Shown here: in pieces, positions 41,160-45,252 of the stretch
How positions within the stretch are numbered: position 1 is the first letter of the stretch
How the letters are laid out: each line of letters begins with the position of its first letter
Position numbers and translations under genes: made by a program
Notes under the pieces: generated by a model
What the model was told of the DNA's origin: nothing
Database searches by the model: none
Seen by the model: only the letters and a program-made list of their open reading frames with translations
Origin: a virus
Strand: one strand, 5' to 3'
Length of the DNA: 45,252 nt
IMG/VR virus record: IMGVR_UViG_3300027852_000010

Positions 41160-41594
41160 ATGATTCTATCATTAGGAGTAAGAACATCAAATGCTACAAT
41201 TAATGAAGCTGCTTGGGAGATTATTACTGGGGCGACTCCAGGAAGGGCAAAGCTTCTGGAGTTGGGAGTTTTTGTGGCAGCAGCTACAGCAACTACTGTA
41301 GGGTTAGGATTTGCAGCAGCAGCTGGAGTAACTCCTACAGCTCCTGTAGACTTTGCTCCAGAAGATTCTGATAATGTTTTAGCATCAGGAGTTGTCCAAT
41401 CTGCTCTTGCTTGGGGAACATCTCCGACATCTCCTGCAAAGTTTTTCAGACGTATTGCACTTTTAGCAACTATAGGAACTGGGGTTATCTGGACTTTTCC
41501 TAAAGGGTTAGTTATTCCAGTTTCAAGTAGTTTAGTTCTCTGGAATATTACAGCTAATCCAATTTTGGATGTCTATGCAGTAATAGAAATTTAA
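41160..41594 (+). CDS. Structural-module protein (144 aa, Ala/Gly/Thr-rich)
   Basis: The GGAGG of motif M15 lies 6 nt upstream. Confidence 0.75.
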   Translation: MILSLGVRTSNATINEAAWEIITGATPGRAKLLELGVFVAAATATTVGLGFAAAAGVTPTAPVDFAPEDSDNVLASGVVQSALAWGTSPTSPAKFFRRIALLATIGTGVIWTFPKGLVIPVSSSLVLWNITANPILDVYAVIEI

Positions 41595-41604
41595 GGAGTA
41601 GCTA

Positions 41605-42834
41605 ATGGCTTTTTGGGCAGTAAATTATACTCGAGGATCTGTATCAATAAATAGTTCTGTGAATCTTCCTCAGGAGAATTTAAAGACGCCGATTCCAAAA
41701 ACTTCTTTAGAGATTATCTTAGGATCTACTGGTGATGGAATTTCTTTTCCTGATGGAGTTAATAGAACAGCAGTAAGATCAGTCTCAGTTATAAGTTTTT
41801 ATTCTGGAACCCCAACTAACCCAGATTTAGCTATTTACTTTACATGGTTTAACTCTGCTATTGATGGACTGGCTGTTGGTTCTTATGGAGAGTTTAATGC
41901 TTCTATAAGCAGTAGTGAATCAGGATTAACTGTAGCATCCTATGGGGATTTCCCTCTTGCGTTAGTTATGGAGGAGGAGGGGACAGGTGCCCTGGCTGTA
42001 ACATCTACAGCTTATATCTATACTCAGTCTTCAGAGATTAACTGGATTAAATGGTCTGATATTGGAAATGTAGATTTTACAATAGACCGTGGAAGTGTCG
42101 CCGGAAAGGGAATGCTAGACTGGGCAGGAGTTGTATATAAAATCTTTCAGCTTGGGTTAAAGATTATAGTCTATGGGCAGAATGGTGTTTCTATTATGAC
42201 TCCTCATGGGATTAGTTTTGGATTACAGACTATTCATAGACGGGGGATCAAGGGACGTAATGCCTGTTTAGGGTTAGACTTTGAGCATTTCTTTATTGAT
42301 GATTTAGGAGACTTATATAGTATTAAAGATCAGCTTCAGTTTATTGGATACCGGGAATATTTATCTAAGCTTACAGATCCTGTTATGTCTTATGATCATT
42401 CTTCAGATCTTCTTTATATCTGTGATGATACTTATGGATTTGTCTATAACTCTAAGATTCAAAGTCTGGGAGAAGGGCCTATAAATATTACTGGAATTCA
42501 TAGACAAGATGGAGTTTCTTATATTGCTGCCCCTTCAGACATTTCAGTTCCTGTATTTGAGATATGGACAGATATTTTAGATCTTGGAACTCGAGAGGCT
42601 AAGGTTATTGAATCAGTTGAAATTGGGACAGACCTTACTGAGGATGTCTTAACGAATATAGAATTTAGAAATAATAAATCCTCAGTATTTCAGAGACTCT
42701 CATGGGAAGTCTGTAATCCTGCTGGAATTTCTTATCTCTTCTGTTATGGGGTAGAGTTCAGAGTTGGGGTGAGGTTAACATCTTTCGATTATCTTGAAAT
42801 AGATTATTTAAATATTAAAGGAAGAATTACATGA
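41605..42834 (+). CDS. Tail-associated structural protein (409 aa)
   Basis: SD TTAAGGAGTAGCTA is present. The call rests on size and position only. Confidence 0.7.
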   Translation: MAFWAVNYTRGSVSINSSVNLPQENLKTPIPKTSLEIILGSTGDGISFPDGVNRTAVRSVSVISFYSGTPTNPDLAIYFTWFNSAIDGLAVGSYGEFNASISSSESGLTVASYGDFPLALVMEEEGTGALAVTSTAYIYTQSSEINWIKWSDIGNVDFTIDRGSVAGKGMLDWAGVVYKIFQLGLKIIVYGQNGVSIMTPHGISFGLQTIHRRGIKGRNACLGLDFEHFFIDDLGDLYSIKDQLQFIGYREYLSKLTDPVMSYDHSSDLLYICDDTYGFVYNSKIQSLGEGPINITGIHRQDGVSYIAAPSDISVPVFEIWTDILDLGTREAKVIESVEIGTDLTEDVLTNIEFRNNKSSVFQRLSWEVCNPAGISYLFCYGVEFRVGVRLTSFDYLEIDYLNIKGRIT

Positions 42835-43280
42835 TAATAAAACTTACTCCTAAAGACATTGTAAGTCACTGGGAGATTATTAAGTACGCAATGGTTAGAG
42901 GGGACTTAATAACTCCAGATCAGCGGCCTGCAGTTTTAAATGGGATGCTCCATGATTTACTATGTGAAAGTGCTCAATGCTTTATGCGTTTTGATTCTGA
43001 GGTGCGAAAGATTCAAGCTATTTTAATTACTAAGATTCATCAGAATAAAAGAACTTTAGAGAGATTCTTATATATTCAATGTATCTATTCCTTTCTAATT
43101 GTGGATGAAAAGATCTGGCAAAGTGATTGGGATTTTGTAGCTGCTTTTGCGAGAAAAGTTAAATGTGAATCTATCAAAGCTAACTCTGCTAACCCTCGAA
43201 TCTTTGAGATATTAATGAAATTAGGAGTTAAAGAATCTTATCGAACATTCACTTATAATCTTAATAGAGGAGTTCTATAA
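42831..43280 (+). CDS. Hypothetical protein (149 aa)
   Basis: ATGA overlap with the upstream gene. Confidence 0.7.
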   Translation: MIIKLTPKDIVSHWEIIKYAMVRGDLITPDQRPAVLNGMLHDLLCESAQCFMRFDSEVRKIQAILITKIHQNKRTLERFLYIQCIYSFLIVDEKIWQSDWDFVAAFARKVKCESIKANSANPRIFEILMKLGVKESYRTFTYNLNRGVL

Positions 43281-44137
43281 TGAGTAGCGGGGGCGGTGGT
43301 GGTGGAGGAGATAGTACCAATGAGAATTTTATAAGATATGCTCCTTATGTTGAAGAGCATCATACAAACTTTTTAGATAGAGTAGCTTCATATGTTTCCT
43401 CAACTATCGGGGAATCTCCACATGAGGATTTAGAGGAACTTTCTATTGATGAATGTTTTCTAGGGGCTGGATTTTTATTATCAGATTTTCCTGCTCTCTT
43501 TGATATGTACGGAAAGTTTATGGCTGGACTGGATGTAGAAGTCTTAGCAGATCAAATGCTTGAGGCAGCAGTTGGTAATAATGTAATAGATAATTTAGTG
43601 GCTGCAGAAGCAGATTTATTAGACGATCATGTAAATACTAAGATTCTCCCAAAATTCTTAACAGGTATGAGAGATATAAATGCAGTTCTTTCCAGTACTT
43701 TTGTTATAGGTAAGGCAAATATTGCAGAGAGTCAGACTAAGGCAATTGAGAAATATAGTGGGGAGCTTAGATATAGAATGATCCCTGTAGCTCAAAGTCG
43801 CTGGGAGAGACATCTGGATTGGAATGAGAGAGTTATTAGAAATTACTCAGAGATTTTAAGATTCTATTTAGCAGCTCGAATAGATACCAGAGATCAAAAT
43901 CAGAAGTATAAAGTTAAAGATGCTCTGTGGCCTTTTACTGTTTTAGATTTTCAGAGAGCTGCATTAGGAGCTCTTCAAGGAGCCTCTAATTCTACAAGTA
44001 CTATGGAAGGAGAGGAACCCTCACAGTTAATGGGAGCTGTAGGTGGAGGTTTAAGTGGGGCAGCTGCTGGGTCTGTTTTTGGAGCCCCAGGGGCAATAGT
44101 TGGCGGCGTTTTAGGTGTCGCATCAAGTTTCTTATAA
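43280..44137 (+). CDS. Internal virion-type protein (285 aa) with a poly-Gly N-terminus and a Gly-rich hydrophobic C-terminus
   Basis: MSSGGGGGGGD at the N-terminus and GAVGGGLSGAAAGSVFGAPGAIVGGVLGVASSFL at the C-terminus. TAATG overlap. Confidence 0.65.
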   Translation: MSSGGGGGGGDSTNENFIRYAPYVEEHHTNFLDRVASYVSSTIGESPHEDLEELSIDECFLGAGFLLSDFPALFDMYGKFMAGLDVEVLADQMLEAAVGNNVIDNLVAAEADLLDDHVNTKILPKFLTGMRDINAVLSSTFVIGKANIAESQTKAIEKYSGELRYRMIPVAQSRWERHLDWNERVIRNYSEILRFYLAARIDTRDQNQKYKVKDALWPFTVLDFQRAALGALQGASNSTSTMEGEEPSQLMGAVGGGLSGAAAGSVFGAPGAIVGGVLGVASSFL

Positions 44138-44154
44138 AAGGAGGATAATTAATT

Positions 44155-44661
44155 ATGGGATTTATACCATCAGTACAAGGAGCAGGATCACCGTCAGATG
44201 CAGGTGGATTTTTTGATAACTTAATGAAAGGTTTAGGTGACGCTACTGAGGGGAAGCGAGATCAGTTAACTATAATAGCAGATCTTCTCGGGCAGCGAAT
44301 AGCCCCAAATAATGCTTTCGGTGGAATTGGAACTGCTATGACAAAATCTAAAATAGCCGGAGAGAAATTAGAAAGTGATCAGCAAGGTTCTGCAGGACTT
44401 TTGCAAAAGATTATTGAGAATCTCAGCAGTGGTTCTGATATGAATCAAGCAAGTTTTAAGAAAGATCCAAAGACAGGAGAGATTACTGTAAATGAAACTT
44501 CTGTAATGCCGAAAGAACTTGATAAGATTCCTCAGAAGCAGAAGGAGAAATCAGCGTCTACTTCAGACTTTCAGAAATCTTCTGATGTTTCCACTCAACC
44601 TATTCCTGGAAGTATGCGGGATCTATATAATACTTATTTAGGAGACTCTAATGGAGAATAA
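44155..44661 (+). CDS. Internal virion-type protein (168 aa)
   Basis: SD AAAAGGAGGATAATTAATT is present. Confidence 0.7.
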   Translation: MGFIPSVQGAGSPSDAGGFFDNLMKGLGDATEGKRDQLTIIADLLGQRIAPNNAFGGIGTAMTKSKIAGEKLESDQQGSAGLLQKIIENLSSGSDMNQASFKKDPKTGEITVNETSVMPKELDKIPQKQKEKSASTSDFQKSSDVSTQPIPGSMRDLYNTYLGDSNGE

Positions 44662-45252
44662 ACAGTTAGTAAATACAATCGGACTATCTCCTGCAGAACT
44701 TACATCTATAAGTCAGCAACAGATTTCAAGAGATCAGAATATAGTGGATCTTCTGGGAAAAGCTCTGACACATAAAGTGAGTTCTGCAAGGCAGATTTCA
44801 GACGCAGAACGAAATACTGCTTTAAATAAACTTACAGCTGCTCAGGTTAAGGAGCTTGACCCTGTTAATATAGAGTTTAAAGGAAAGCAGTTTCAGACTA
44901 CTCAAGGTAATATGACTCAGGCAATGCGGGATCTTAGAGAATCAGCTCTTACTGAAGCTCAGATTGAGAGATCAGAATATGAGAATTCTCCTATGCAAGT
45001 CTATATAGGAGGAAAACCTTTTAATCTCAGACGATATGAGTTTGACTCACTATCTAAGAACTTAATGAGACAGGAAGAACTTTCTCAGAATAAAGCAGCA
45101 GGAGATAGGGCTCAGCAAGAACAGGATTGGAGAATGGAGGGGATTAAAGATCTTGAAGATTCTTCAGAAGTTTCTGCTCAGACTGCTGCAAAGTTAAATA
45201 ACTTAGGAACCTGGATGACAGCTAATAAGCCTTCTGATGAGGATGCAATTGC
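44651..45252 (+). CDS. N-terminal part of the junction-spanning protein (continues at 3-482)
   Basis: ATG 44651 follows AGGAGACTCTA and overlaps the previous stop. The frame stays open to the window end and is continuous across the 127-nt overlap. Confidence 0.75.
   Translation, partial: MENKQLVNTIGLSPAELTSISQQQISRDQNIVDLLGKALTHKVSSARQISDAERNTALNKLTAAQVKELDPVNIEFKGKQFQTTQGNMTQAMRDLRESALTEAQIERSEYENSPMQVYIGGKPFNLRRYEFDSLSKNLMRQEELSQNKAAGDRAQQEQDWRMEGIKDLEDSSEVSAQTAAKLNNLGTWMTANKPSDEDAI
45126..45252. repeat. Terminal overlap identical to 1-127
   Basis: Direct comparison. Confidence 0.95.

Noticed and set aside
1-45252. Diversity-generating retroelement, retron or other RT-based system
   Set aside because: I found no ORF with reverse-transcriptase motifs (YxDD), and no template/variable repeat pair was seen next to the RCC1, LRR or tail genes.

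Overview
The window is a complete, circularly closed genome of about 45.1 kb from an AT-rich tailed dsDNA phage that uses strong Shine-Dalgarno sites. It is not a chromosomal segment. Bases 1-127 are identical to 45126-45252, and one ORF reads in frame through that junction. Two divergent gene arms leave a GC-richer, largely non-coding control region of about 1.8 kb (25236-27026). The minus arm (26376 down to 5880) carries small early genes, a Fic moron, nucleotide-metabolism genes and a replication/recombination module. That module holds an ATP-dependent ligase, a MazG-like protein, an NrdD glycyl-radical mini-protein, a Cas4-like nuclease, a Sak4-like ATPase, a ParB-methyltransferase fusion, a family A DNA polymerase with an N-terminal UDG-like domain, a DUF3987-like NTPase, a dCMP deaminase and a DEDDh exonuclease. 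The plus arm (27027 through the junction to 5877) carries an HTH/small-terminase-like gene, TerL, LRR and RCC1-repeat proteins, a lysis cassette, portal, scaffold, major capsid, tail and internal proteins, and a 1797-aa polyvalent protein with an embedded methyltransferase-like domain. No tRNA, CRISPR array, integrase, reverse transcriptase or recognisable phage RNA polymerase was found. The main unexplained signals are: (1) two promoter classes, namely five near-consensus sigma70-type promoters confined to the control region and a few early genes, versus about 15 copies of a conserved 24-nt motif (CTWYATTCAAAWTTTAAACRRAGG) in front of middle and late genes, with no identifiable cognate polymerase or sigma factor; (2) a dense system of GTGATA 9-mer boxes, 14-mer and 8-mer iterons and AT-rich hairpins that looks like an operator/origin hub; (3) a stand-alone NrdD C-terminal glycyl-radical domain; and (4) the giant methyltransferase-bearing virion protein. 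All functional calls come from motif reading by eye. No database search was possible.
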